Shown piece after piece: positions 47,109-55,066 of a DNA stretch of 64,000 nt. A program made the translations under genes and the position numbers. The notes under the pieces were generated by a model. That model was given only the letters and a program-made list of their open reading frames with translations. It did not search any database and was not told the origin of the DNA. Every line of letters begins with the position of its first letter. The stretch's first letter is position 1. The stretch comes from an uncultured virus (IMG/VR IMGVR_UViG_3300017782_000010) (lineage: Duplodnaviria; Heunggongvirae; Uroviricota; Caudoviricetes). The stretch is taken from the IMG/VR virus record IMGVR_UViG_3300017782_000010. One strand, written 5' to 3'.

Positions 47109-47137
47109 TTGACATTTTGGTACTGATGAGGTACTAT
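47109..47137 (+). promoter_or_regulatory. Sigma70-type promoter for the sRNA
   Basis: TTGACA-17bp-TACTAT. Confidence 0.75.
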
Positions 47138-47142
47138 GATTA

Positions 47143-47265
47143 AAGACTTGGTAATGAGGTTGTTATGAAACGGAACACGACTCCTCTCTCTCTCACTTTC
47201 AGTGTTCCAGTGATTCGGCGTGATTTGCTAAAGTCTTGGGGGGAAACGAACTTTCCCCCCTTTTT
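47143..47265 (+). ncRNA. Candidate sRNA with anti-Shine-Dalgarno CU-rich loop
   Basis: Long interrupted hairpin AAGACTT/AAGTCTT and GGAACAC/GTGTTCC, 23 nt CU loop, own terminator. Confidence 0.65.
47238..47265 (+). terminator. Intrinsic terminator
   Basis: GGGGGGAAA-CGAAC-TTTCCCCCC-TTTTT. Confidence 0.85.
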
Positions 47266-47313
47266 CTTTTCTAAACCCTTGATTTTCAAGGATTATTTAG
47301 TTCGTTTTTTCCC

Positions 47314-47342
47314 TTGACATTGTTATCAAAACATAGTAGCAT
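47314..47342 (+). promoter_or_regulatory. Sigma70-type early promoter with TGTT..AACA spacer
   Basis: TTGACA-ttgttatcaaaacatag-TAGCAT. Confidence 0.78.
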
Positions 47343-47372
47343 ATACTTGTAATGATGAGAAAGAGAGTAAAT

Positions 47373-47801
47373 ATGAATTACGTTGTTGTAGAGGGTGGGA
47401 ACAAAGTCCAGAGAGACATTGCCGAGAAGGTAGTGAATTTCATGATTGGTCAGTTGTTACCACGACATCGTACACTGGATATTACAGTTCAGTTAAACAA
47501 GATGAATGATGACGCAATCGGTTACTGTCAGATGGAAGATACCAATCGTGAGTTCATCATCGAAGTTGACAAGACCATTGGTATCAAAGAGTTGGTGACC
47601 ACAATTTGTCATGAGATGATTCATGTCAAACAGTATGTCCGAAATGAAATGAACGATGATTTGGTCGAGAATGGCCAGGCCGTTTGGAGAGGTCGTAAGG
47701 TCAACCCAAACACAAAGTATTACGACTTACCTTGGGAGAAGGAAGCGTATCGTCTACAAGACAAATTTGCAAACCTAGTATGGAAAGAGGAGATTATATA
47801 A
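47373..47801 (+). CDS. Zn metallopeptidase-like protein
   Basis: HEMIHVKQ (HExxH), PWEKEAY. Confidence 0.75.
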   Translation: MNYVVVEGGNKVQRDIAEKVVNFMIGQLLPRHRTLDITVQLNKMNDDAIGYCQMEDTNREFIIEVDKTIGIKELVTTICHEMIHVKQYVRNEMNDDLVENGQAVWRGRKVNPNTKYYDLPWEKEAYRLQDKFANLVWKEEII

Positions 47802-48109
47802 TGACACAGGTAGCAGTTATTCACACGGCGTTTGAGGACACACCATCCACAGTCGCTTTCGTAGATGTACCAGAGTTTCCAACATTGATTGAGACTCTTG
47901 AGTACGCATATCGGTGGACACAGAACATCATGGACAGTTGGTCACTGAAGATGCCAGAGGATGGTAACGATGCAGTAACCGTTGTTGGTGATATCTCTAG
48001 TGGTATGGGATTGCGGTCTACTTCAGTTGGTGACCAAGTTCTGGTCGGTACTGAAAAGTATGTGGTCGCACCTATGGGATTTACAACACTTGATGGAGAA
48101 CCAGTATGA
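47801..48109 (+). CDS. Hypothetical protein
   Basis: LRSTSVGD, VVAPMGF motif. Confidence 0.65.
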   Translation: MTQVAVIHTAFEDTPSTVAFVDVPEFPTLIETLEYAYRWTQNIMDSWSLKMPEDGNDAVTVVGDISSGMGLRSTSVGDQVLVGTEKYVVAPMGFTTLDGEPV

Positions 48110-48351
48110 TGAAATTCAAAAACACTTCTGCGCCGTTGACGATTAATCTTGACGGCCCAGATGGAAATGCATTTGTACTCTTGGGTACTGCACGAAGTCT
48201 TGCTCGACAACTCGACATGGATGAAGACGCAATCACCAAGGAAATGCAATCTGGTGACTATATGAATCTGGTCAAGACAATGGACAAGTATTTCCCCTTT
48301 GTTGTTTTTGAAACAAACAATGATGAATATATGGAGGCGTTTCATGCTTAA
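48106..48351 (+). CDS. Hypothetical protein
   Basis: INLDGPDGNAFVLLG, EMQSGDY. Confidence 0.7.
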   Translation: MMKFKNTSAPLTINLDGPDGNAFVLLGTARSLARQLDMDEDAITKEMQSGDYMNLVKTMDKYFPFVVFETNNDEYMEAFHA

Positions 48352-48877
48352 AGAATTAATTCTAAGTTCAATGTTGTCATTGACACCAACTGCAAATGCA
48401 GATACGGTGCCGACAAAACAACAATTTATCACAGACGAGGCGTTCTGTCTTGCACAGAATGTTTACTTTGAGGCTCGTAATCAACCACTCGCTGGTCAGA
48501 TGGCGGTTATATCTGTTACAGTAAATCGTGTTAATGATAGTCGTTATCCAAATACTATTTGTCAAGTGGTTTACCAAGGCCCACATCGTCCAAGTTGGAA
48601 AGACAACACAGTTATGATTCCTGTAAGGAATCGTTGTCAGTTCAGTTGGTATTGTGATGGTAAGTCAGACCGTGTTCATGACATGGAAACTTTTGAACAG
48701 ATTTTTACCTTGACAATTGGTGTTGTAGATGGTAGCTATAAGATTGCAGATATTACAGAAGGTGCAACCCACTACCATGCAGATTACGTTGAACCAGCAT
48801 GGGCGAAGACAAAGACAAAGACGATAGAGATTGAAGACCATATCTTTTATCGTTGGGAGATGGAAGAAACAGAATGA
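48344..48877 (+). CDS. Cell wall hydrolase (SleB/Hydrolase_2)
   Basis: CLAQNVYFEAR, NRV, CQFSWYCDG, GATHYHA, HIFY. Confidence 0.9.
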   Translation: MLKELILSSMLSLTPTANADTVPTKQQFITDEAFCLAQNVYFEARNQPLAGQMAVISVTVNRVNDSRYPNTICQVVYQGPHRPSWKDNTVMIPVRNRCQFSWYCDGKSDRVHDMETFEQIFTLTIGVVDGSYKIADITEGATHYHADYVEPAWAKTKTKTIEIEDHIFYRWEMEETE

Positions 48878-49428
48878 ACATTTTTTACTTGAATCATGAC
48901 CCAAAGATTTGTGCCCAGATGCACAATGACAGTCATTGCAGTAAGATGATTATTGAGTACGCTCAGTTGATGTCTACTGCACACCGTTATCTTGACGGTG
49001 AACAATATTATGGCAAGACTGCGAATGGTCGCAAGATTGCACGATGGAAACTGAACAGTGACCTTGAACACGTTCTGTACAAAGCGTCACACATCAAACA
49101 CCCCAGTGGTATTTGGGTTCGTAAGTCAGTTTCAAATTACAAGTGGTTGTATGAGATGTGGACTGAACTAAACAATGAGTTCATGTATCGTTACAATCAT
49201 GACAAACCCCATGAGAGTTATCGTAAACTACATGAGGCCTTGGAAAGACCACCAACCAATATGTACGAGGTTGGTTTCTGTGAACCGTATCAGGCGATGT
49301 TTGATGATGTTAAGAACCCAGACAGTTCAATTCGTGCATATCATGACTACTATATAAAGTATAAACAACATTTGGCGAAATGGACAAAAAGAGGAGCTCC
49401 GTATTGGTATGAACAAACAGCAGCATGA
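48874..49428 (+). CDS. Pyrimidine dimer DNA glycosylase-like protein
   Basis: MNIFYL, KMIIEYAQLMSTAHR, HIKHPS.IW. Confidence 0.75.
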   Translation: MNIFYLNHDPKICAQMHNDSHCSKMIIEYAQLMSTAHRYLDGEQYYGKTANGRKIARWKLNSDLEHVLYKASHIKHPSGIWVRKSVSNYKWLYEMWTELNNEFMYRYNHDKPHESYRKLHEALERPPTNMYEVGFCEPYQAMFDDVKNPDSSIRAYHDYYIKYKQHLAKWTKRGAPYWYEQTAA

Positions 49429-49627
49429 CCCAGAACCAGAACGCTATTATGATTGGATGTTATGGAAAATGAGACAGGAAAGAAAAGAAGAACCTGTTGT
49501 TATGACAACAGAAAATATGTATAAACGAGAGATTGCAGATATGCAAGCACAAGTTCATGCATTACAAATGAAAGTGAAAGAACTAACAGATGCCCTATTA
49601 CAACTTCAAGAACAACGAGACAGGTGA
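49409..49627 (+). CDS. Coiled-coil hypothetical protein
   Basis: ORF track, RBS GGAG. Confidence 0.55.
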   Translation: MNKQQHDPEPERYYDWMLWKMRQERKEEPVVMTTENMYKREIADMQAQVHALQMKVKELTDALLQLQEQRDR

Positions 49628-49883
49628 AGAGTGGGAAGAATTCTTTACCATTTCTGGTAGGGAAGACTTTCTGAAAGAGAACCCACACATCACACAGACA
49701 CCATCAATGTTTGGTATTGCTGGCGGTACAGGTGACAGAATTAAAAATGACGCTGGATGGAAAGAGAATCTATCACGGATTGCAGAGGCCCATCCATCAT
49801 CTGAACTTGCAGACAGATACGGTAAAAAGACAACAAAGGAAATTAAGACTAGACAAGTTTTAAAGAAACACAAAGTGATATAA
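49590..49883 (+). CDS. FmdB-like small protein
   Basis: MPYYNF..TGEEWEEF, FLKENPHI, HP; typical neighbour of phoH in T4-like phages. Confidence 0.6.
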   Translation: MPYYNFKNNETGEEWEEFFTISGREDFLKENPHITQTPSMFGIAGGTGDRIKNDAGWKENLSRIAEAHPSSELADRYGKKTTKEIKTRQVLKKHKVI

Positions 49884-49889
49884 ATAAAA

Positions 49890-49990
49890 CTGTACTGGTG
49901 AGAAAACTACAGTACCCTCGCAAAGAGACTGTAAACTGTGTAGTCAATCCACCAATGTACAGGGGCGATAGTAAACCTATCGCTCCACCT
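49890..49990 (+). ncRNA. Candidate structured RNA or phoH leader
   Basis: Starts after TATAAATA (49879-49886); nested stems CTGTAC/GTACAG, TGGTG/CACCA, ACTACA/TGTAGT; 3' hairpin GGGGCGATAG/CTATCGCTCC. Confidence 0.5.
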
Positions 49991-50011
49991 TTAATTATAG
50001 TGAGTAAAAAT

Positions 50012-50713
50012 ATGGCGAAGAAAAAAGATGTGACAGGTGATAGTCTGGTAAAGGTAAAACCGATTACCGACAATCAAAAACTTGTATTTGAAGAATACGC
50101 AAAAGGACAGAATTTATTCTTACATGGTGCGGCCGGTACAGGTAAAACATTTGTATCACTTTACCTTGCACTAGAACAGGTTCTTAACCCATCAACCCCA
50201 TACGAATGTGTATATCTTGTAAGGAGTGCAGTTCCAACTAGAGAAATTGGATTCCTGCCAGGCGATGAAGAAGATAAGACTGCACTGTTCCAAGTACCGT
50301 ACCAGAACATGGTACAGTTTATGTTTGAACAGGCATCCGATAGTGCGTTCAGTATGTTATATGACAGACTGAAAGTGCAGGGCAGTGTTATGTTCCTCAC
50401 CACTTCTTTCCTAAGAGGTATCACGTTAGATAATGCAATCATCATAGTTGATGAATGTCAGAATCTAAACTTCCATGAATTGGATACTATCATGACTCGT
50501 GTAGGACAGGACAGTAAAATCATCTTCTCTGGTGATTACTTCCAGACTGACTTGCAGAAGAATGGTGAGAAAGAAGGGTTGGGTGCATTTATGGGCATCA
50601 TCGAAGCGATGGAAGAATTCTCCACGGTTGAATTTACAATCGGTGACATCGTGCGTTCTGGATTAGTTCGCAGTTACCTCATTAATAAAATCAAACAAGG
50701 AGTTGAAATTTAG
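50012..50713 (+). CDS. phoH: PhoH-like ATPase
   Basis: GAAGTGKT, GFLPG, LRGITL, VDECQN, TRVG, GDYFQTD, DIVRS. Confidence 0.95.
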   Translation: MAKKKDVTGDSLVKVKPITDNQKLVFEEYAKGQNLFLHGAAGTGKTFVSLYLALEQVLNPSTPYECVYLVRSAVPTREIGFLPGDEEDKTALFQVPYQNMVQFMFEQASDSAFSMLYDRLKVQGSVMFLTTSFLRGITLDNAIIIVDECQNLNFHELDTIMTRVGQDSKIIFSGDYFQTDLQKNGEKEGLGAFMGIIEAMEEFSTVEFTIGDIVRSGLVRSYLINKIKQGVEI

Positions 50714-50847
50714 TGGCAAAGATGTTTAGTAGTGCAGTCCATGAACCAACCCAAAAGGGAACTTCAATGGGCAAGAAACCAATTACGTCTACGATGAACA
50801 AGAACAAACGTAGGTCGTTTAAAAAATATAGAGGACAAGGTAAATGA
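50713..50847 (+). CDS. 44 aa basic peptide ending KKYRGQGK (not in ORF track)
   Basis: GTG start overlapping phoH stop, RBS AGGAG; stop overlaps lysozyme ATG. Confidence 0.6.
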   Translation: MAKMFSSAVHEPTQKGTSMGKKPITSTMNKNKRRSFKKYRGQGK

Positions 50848-51383
50848 GTAACTTTGATGAATGTTTGAAACTCATACTCCACCACGAAGGCGGATATGTG
50901 AATCATCCTAAAGACCCTGGCGGCGAAACCAACATGGGTGTAACCAAAAGAGTCTACGAAAAGTGGTGTATGGAAAATGACCTTCAACAGAAGGACATGA
51001 GAGATTTAGAATTTGATGACGTTGCACCTATCTACAAAAAGAACTATTGGGATAGAGTAAAGGCAGACCAACTTCCAGAGGGGCTTGACCTTTGCGTTTT
51101 CGACTGGGCCGTTAATTCTGGTACAGGTAGAGCGGCGAAAAAACTTCAGTCCATGATTGGAACAGTTGCAGATGGTGGCATCGGCCCGAACACTTTGCGT
51201 TGTCTTGACGAATATATCGAAGAACACAGTGTTGAAGGTACGATTGCCAACTACACAGAAATCAGACAGGAGTTTTACGAAAGTCTGAGTACATTCGATA
51301 CGTTTGGTAATGGATGGTCACGAAGAAATAAAGAAACAGAAACAGAGGCATTTAAGATGGCAGGGGTATACCTTCCTTCTTGA
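50844..51383 (+). CDS. Glycoside hydrolase family 108 lysozyme (endolysin)
   Basis: HEGGYVNHPKDPGGETNMGVT, FDWAVNSG, DGGIGPNT, FGNGWSRR. Confidence 0.92.
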   Translation: MSNFDECLKLILHHEGGYVNHPKDPGGETNMGVTKRVYEKWCMENDLQQKDMRDLEFDDVAPIYKKNYWDRVKADQLPEGLDLCVFDWAVNSGTGRAAKKLQSMIGTVADGGIGPNTLRCLDEYIEEHSVEGTIANYTEIRQEFYESLSTFDTFGNGWSRRNKETETEAFKMAGVYLPS

Positions 51384-51434
51384 CAAACCCATTCTGTTAT
51401 GATATGATTATGTAAATTAACTTGAGGATATATT

Positions 51435-52139
51435 ATGTTTACACACAAACCTGTAGAGATTACAGAACTAGAGACTAAAACAGTAAACCGTAAAAGGTTT
51501 TATTTGACACCAGATGGTAAGATGTATCCATCTATCACCACTGTATTGAGTAACCGCAAGGCAGAGGGTCTTCACGCATGGCGTAAGAAAGTTGGTGATG
51601 ATGTTGCAAATTATATCGCACGAACCGCCGCCGCAAGGGGTACAAAAGTACACCATATGTGCGAGGACTTCTTAAATAACAAAGAAGTAAATCGTGAACC
51701 ATTTCTGGCCGCCGCACTATTTGGTCAACTAGAAAAAGTTATCAAAGAAAAAGTAGATAACATCTATTCACAAGAATGTGGTTTATATTCTGACAGGTAT
51801 ATGGTTGCTGGTCGTGTAGACTGTATTGCAGAATACAATGGTGAATTATCTATCATTGATTTTAAGACATCTCGTTCAGAACGTAATGATGATTGGAACG
51901 AGAATTACTATATTCAGGCATCTGCATATGCACAGATGTTTGAAGAACGCACTGGTCATGCAATTAATCAGATTGTAATTCTGGTGGTAACAGAGGATGG
52001 AGTTGTTCAAGAGTTCATCAAAGATAAAAAAGATTATCTAGGGATGTTAGTAGATGCGGTTGACGATTTCACCCAAGCATGGGAAAAAGAAAATGAAAAA
52101 CTGGATGAAGGCCCTGATGTTATCGGCGCTCCTGTTTAG
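51435..52139 (+). CDS. PD-(D/E)xK exonuclease
   Basis: YPSITTVL, RGTKVH, AGRVDC, IDFKTS, QASAY; promoter at 51380-51408. Confidence 0.88.
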   Translation: MFTHKPVEITELETKTVNRKRFYLTPDGKMYPSITTVLSNRKAEGLHAWRKKVGDDVANYIARTAAARGTKVHHMCEDFLNNKEVNREPFLAAALFGQLEKVIKEKVDNIYSQECGLYSDRYMVAGRVDCIAEYNGELSIIDFKTSRSERNDDWNENYYIQASAYAQMFEERTGHAINQIVILVVTEDGVVQEFIKDKKDYLGMLVDAVDDFTQAWEKENEKLDEGPDVIGAPV

Positions 52140-52488
52140 TGGGAGTGCAATCGCACAAGAAAGTGATTTACAACAGGAATTAGAAGACAAAAACTTATTT
52201 TACTGGGCACAGAAACCTGCCCAGTGTTCAAGCGCTGATGCAGTGGTTGACCTAATGAAGAGACATGGTGAGAACCCTACTGTGTGGATGGAAGGTATCA
52301 CTGGATTTCCGAATGGTGCTTTTAACAAATCAAAATTTGTTATTGCAATTAACCATGAGGCGAATCCTATTACATGGTCATTGATTGAATTTGTTGATGA
52401 CGGTAGACAGGCTTGCATTCTTGGATTTGGTCAAGGTGCAATCAACCTTGGTAACATCCCCCTCAAAGAAAAGGGGATTGACCTATGA
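52093..52488 (+). CDS. Exported hypothetical protein
   Basis: Signal peptide; KPAQC, ACILGFG. Confidence 0.6.
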   Translation: MKNWMKALMLSALLFSGSAIAQESDLQQELEDKNLFYWAQKPAQCSSADAVVDLMKRHGENPTVWMEGITGFPNGAFNKSKFVIAINHEANPITWSLIEFVDDGRQACILGFGQGAINLGNIPLKEKGIDL

Positions 52489-52673
52489 ATATTATCTGGC
52501 ACATATTACTAACAGTGTGTTCTGGTAGTACTTGTTTGGAACAGGATGTACAGTGGTTTGAAAGTCGTGCAAATTGTGAAACCATGTTAGTAGAATATAC
52601 AGAAATACCTGTTGATGGTAGTTGGGATACAGTCGAATATATCTGTAAACCAGTAGGAAGTAGAGGAACATAA
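52485..52673 (+). CDS. Small Cys-containing hypothetical protein
   Basis: LTVC..TC..F..RANC..YICKP. Confidence 0.55.
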   Translation: MNIIWHILLTVCSGSTCLEQDVQWFESRANCETMLVEYTEIPVDGSWDTVEYICKPVGSRGT

Positions 52674-53098
52674 TGTATCAATACAAATGTAAATTGGTGA
52701 AAGTAGTTGATGGTGACACAATTGATGTTGACATTGACTTGGGCTTTGGAGTGTGGTTACGCAAACAACGGATTCGTATGTATGGTATCGACACACCAGA
52801 ATCTAGAACCAGAGACTTAGAAGAAAAGAAATATGGATTGGCCGCAAAGGCGTTCCTAGAGAAATGGACAAACGCTGGTCATCTTGTTCTTAGAACATTT
52901 AAGGATGGTAAAGGTAAGTATGGTCGTATCCTTGGACAGATTTGGTACGAGGACACTCACAATATTAATCAACTTCTAATCGACAATCATCATGCGGTTG
53001 CATATCATGGTCAATCAAAACAAGAGATTGCTGAGGAGCATATCAAAAACAGAGAGTTCGTTAATCTTAACGATGCTGTAAAATCCCTTGACAATTGA
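52673..53098 (+). CDS. Thermonuclease (SNase-like)
   Basis: VVDGDTID, RMYGIDTPE, KYGRILG. Confidence 0.9.
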   Translation: MYQYKCKLVKVVDGDTIDVDIDLGFGVWLRKQRIRMYGIDTPESRTRDLEEKKYGLAAKAFLEKWTNAGHLVLRTFKDGKGKYGRILGQIWYEDTHNINQLLIDNHHAVAYHGQSKQEIAEEHIKNREFVNLNDAVKSLDN

Positions 53099-53118
53099 AT
53101 CAGTCTTTGGTATAAATA
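53088..53118 (+). promoter_or_regulatory. Overlapping sigma70 and late promoter for tmRNA
   Basis: TTGACA-17bp-TATAAA, within TATAAATA. Confidence 0.75.
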
Positions 53119-53123
53119 TAATA

Positions 53124-53410
53124 CAGTTTGATGATACAAATCAAAGGACGGACAGGACATGGGGGCAGTACCCATCGCCTCCACCATAACTACTCTTAGA
53201 TGAGATAGTGAATCACTGCATGAGAGTAGTTATGATGGGGGCGAACTAGGTTCGACTGACGTAGATAGAGGCGAGTAGAATTGTCGGATGACTGCGTAAT
53301 AGGTCAAAACTCGTAAATGCAAACGATAACAATGCATATGTAGATTACGCTCTCGCAGCCTAATCGTACTGAGTTTCGGTGGTGTACTTGGAAACAGAAA
53401 CACCACCACT
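53124..53410 (+). ncRNA. ssrA: Circularly permuted two-piece tmRNA
   Basis: T arm ATGGG-GGCAGTA-CCCAT and CGCCTCC-ACCA (ends 53186) precede the 5' GGGGGCG (53237); G3:U70 pair; tag ANDNNAYVDYALAA at 53319-53363. Confidence 0.95.
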
Positions 53411-53426
53411 TAATTTTGGAGATAGT

Positions 53427-53918
53427 ATGTATAAGGTGACAGGACAGTTTAAAGAACGCAAGGTAGTAAAATACTTTGTTGACCTGTATGACGCTATTGA
53501 TTTTAAGGATAATGTGGATGCACACTATCCAATGAAACTGACGATGGAAAAGGTAATTGATATGAGAGAATTTATTCATGACAGTTGGCACAGTGTAATG
53601 AATGCCGACAAGAACCCACTAAGACATATCCCAGATACTAATACTAGACATATGGTACTACAGGTACTTGCATGGATGTGGTGTATTGTATTTTCAATGT
53701 GGATTGGTAGTTTTTGGGTTATGGGTGTAAGTATGATTGCCCATGCCTTGATACTTGCGGCCATTGTAATTACAGTTGCAACCTTTGAGACTGCAAGATT
53801 ACGTCCTACATTCTTTATGCACTTTCCTACATCGACACCAAGTCGTGCAAGAGATATCTGGATTGACGGTAAGAAAATTAAACTAGACCCACAAGATAAA
53901 GGTGGTGAACATGAATAA
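53427..53918 (+). CDS. Membrane protein; possible second start at 53562
   Basis: NPLRHIPD..HMVLQVLAWMWC, two TMs. Confidence 0.65.
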   Translation: MYKVTGQFKERKVVKYFVDLYDAIDFKDNVDAHYPMKLTMEKVIDMREFIHDSWHSVMNADKNPLRHIPDTNTRHMVLQVLAWMWCIVFSMWIGSFWVMGVSMIAHALILAAIVITVATFETARLRPTFFMHFPTSTPSRARDIWIDGKKIKLDPQDKGGEHE

Positions 53919-54048
53919 GTTCAAACAATGGTGGCACGAGACTGACAGTATTGAAATGGTTCTCTTTGCAACCCTATGGAGTCTGTTTGGTTATGGTGCA
54001 TATGTGGTAGCAGTTGCACTTGCACAAAAGATTACATGGATAGGGTGA
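53911..54048 (+). CDS. 45 aa membrane peptide (not in ORF track)
   Basis: MNKFKQWWHETDSIEMVLFATLWSLFGYG..; overlaps upstream stop. Confidence 0.5.
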   Translation: MNKFKQWWHETDSIEMVLFATLWSLFGYGAYVVAVALAQKITWIG

Positions 54049-54242
54049 CGCCTTAATACGTCCGTGTGGGGTCACGGTTAACTCCACAACACAGAGACAC
54101 CGCATCCTAGGCAAGCACTGTGGTACTATAGACCTCTGTGTCAACACGAAAGGAGAAGGGTGGGTTAGTCACCACCTTGCAACAGTCGGTATATATGACT
54201 GCTCTGCTGTATAAAATTAGATAGAGGGTGACTCCCTCTATC
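54047..54242 (+). ncRNA. Candidate multi-hairpin structured RNA upstream of gp33
   Basis: GC-rich intergenic region with at least 6 stems. Confidence 0.45.
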
Positions 54243-54260
54243 GTCTTAAAGGAATATAAT

Positions 54261-54482
54261 ATGGAAAAATTGATGACACCAAAAAAGTTCTCACTTGCAG
54301 TGGAACAAGTTGTTCAAGAGTGTGGTTGTTCTCATATGGAAGCAGTACTAGATTACTGTGAGAAAAACAACATCGAACCAGATACCATCAAACCCCTTAT
54401 TACAAAATCACTGAAGGAAAAGATTGAGTGTAATGCAAGGGATTTAAATTACCTACCAAAAGTTGCACAGTTGCCCGTATAA
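54261..54482 (+). CDS. gp33: Late transcription coactivator
   Basis: FS..VE, MEAVLDYCEKNNIE, SLKEKIE..ARDLNYL; precedes gp59. Confidence 0.85.
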   Translation: MEKLMTPKKFSLAVEQVVQECGCSHMEAVLDYCEKNNIEPDTIKPLITKSLKEKIECNARDLNYLPKVAQLPV

Positions 54483-55066
54483 TGGAAGCCTATGACGCAT
54501 ATAGAATATATCATGCGTTGAAACTTCACTTTACCAGTAACTATGACTATGCAAAATATAATGGTAAGGCGAATGTGAGCGTTGACTCGTTCTTAAAACG
54601 TAATGATAGGCCTTTCTTTGGTAAGGTCGCAAGAAAGTATAAAGAAGATACCAAAGACTTCTTCATATCCAACTTCATAGTCAATCCCAAAGGCTGGGTT
54701 GGAAACTTTAACGATGAGAATTATTTGAACTGGAAGAAAAGAAATCAATCCCTTAAATATAATTACAAATCAGAGATGGTTGAATTATTTCACAAAGTTG
54801 AATCATTCGATGAAATATTTCAAGGTGGTGGACAACACCCCTTGTTATTAAAACAATTCATGTCCAAGAAGGTTTCGATTGAGACAGTCGCAATACTGGA
54901 ATCACTTCTTGGTTTCTGCAACCGTTTTGATAAGGAGATTAATGAAACGATAGTATGGCCCGACAGAAAAAAACTGATAAAAAATTATAGTAACCTCTTG
55001 ACAAATGATGTAAATGAGTATAGAGTAGTAACAATGCAGTTAATAAAGGAGCATTTTGATGACTGA
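54482..55066 (+). CDS. gp59: Helicase loader
   Basis: YHALKLHFT..YDYAKYNGK, HPLLLK, ISIET-like motif. Confidence 0.88.
   Translation: MEAYDAYRIYHALKLHFTSNYDYAKYNGKANVSVDSFLKRNDRPFFGKVARKYKEDTKDFFISNFIVNPKGWVGNFNDENYLNWKKRNQSLKYNYKSEMVELFHKVESFDEIFQGGGQHPLLLKQFMSKKVSIETVAILESLLGFCNRFDKEINETIVWPDRKKLIKNYSNLLTNDVNEYRVVTMQLIKEHFDD

Noticed and set aside
47123..47130. CTGATGAG hammerhead-like core
   Set aside because: It lies inside a promoter spacer, upstream of the predicted +1, with no flanking stems for a hammerhead.
47165..47317. Short ORF MKRNTTPLSLTF.. over the sRNA candidate
   Set aside because: It runs through a strong terminator and low-complexity sequence; RNA structure explains the region better, although a GAGG precedes it.
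49898..50011. N-terminal extension of PhoH in the ORF track
   Set aside because: It overlaps a structured leader after a late promoter; ATG 50012 gives a typical PhoH start.
53159..53186. tRNA gene
   Set aside because: Only a T arm and acceptor 3' half are present; they belong to the tmRNA. No full cloverleaf was seen anywhere in the window.
53124..53410. Cyanophage assignment from the permuted tmRNA
   Set aside because: The T loop and ANDN tag are alphaproteobacterial in style, and there are no photosynthesis genes in the window.
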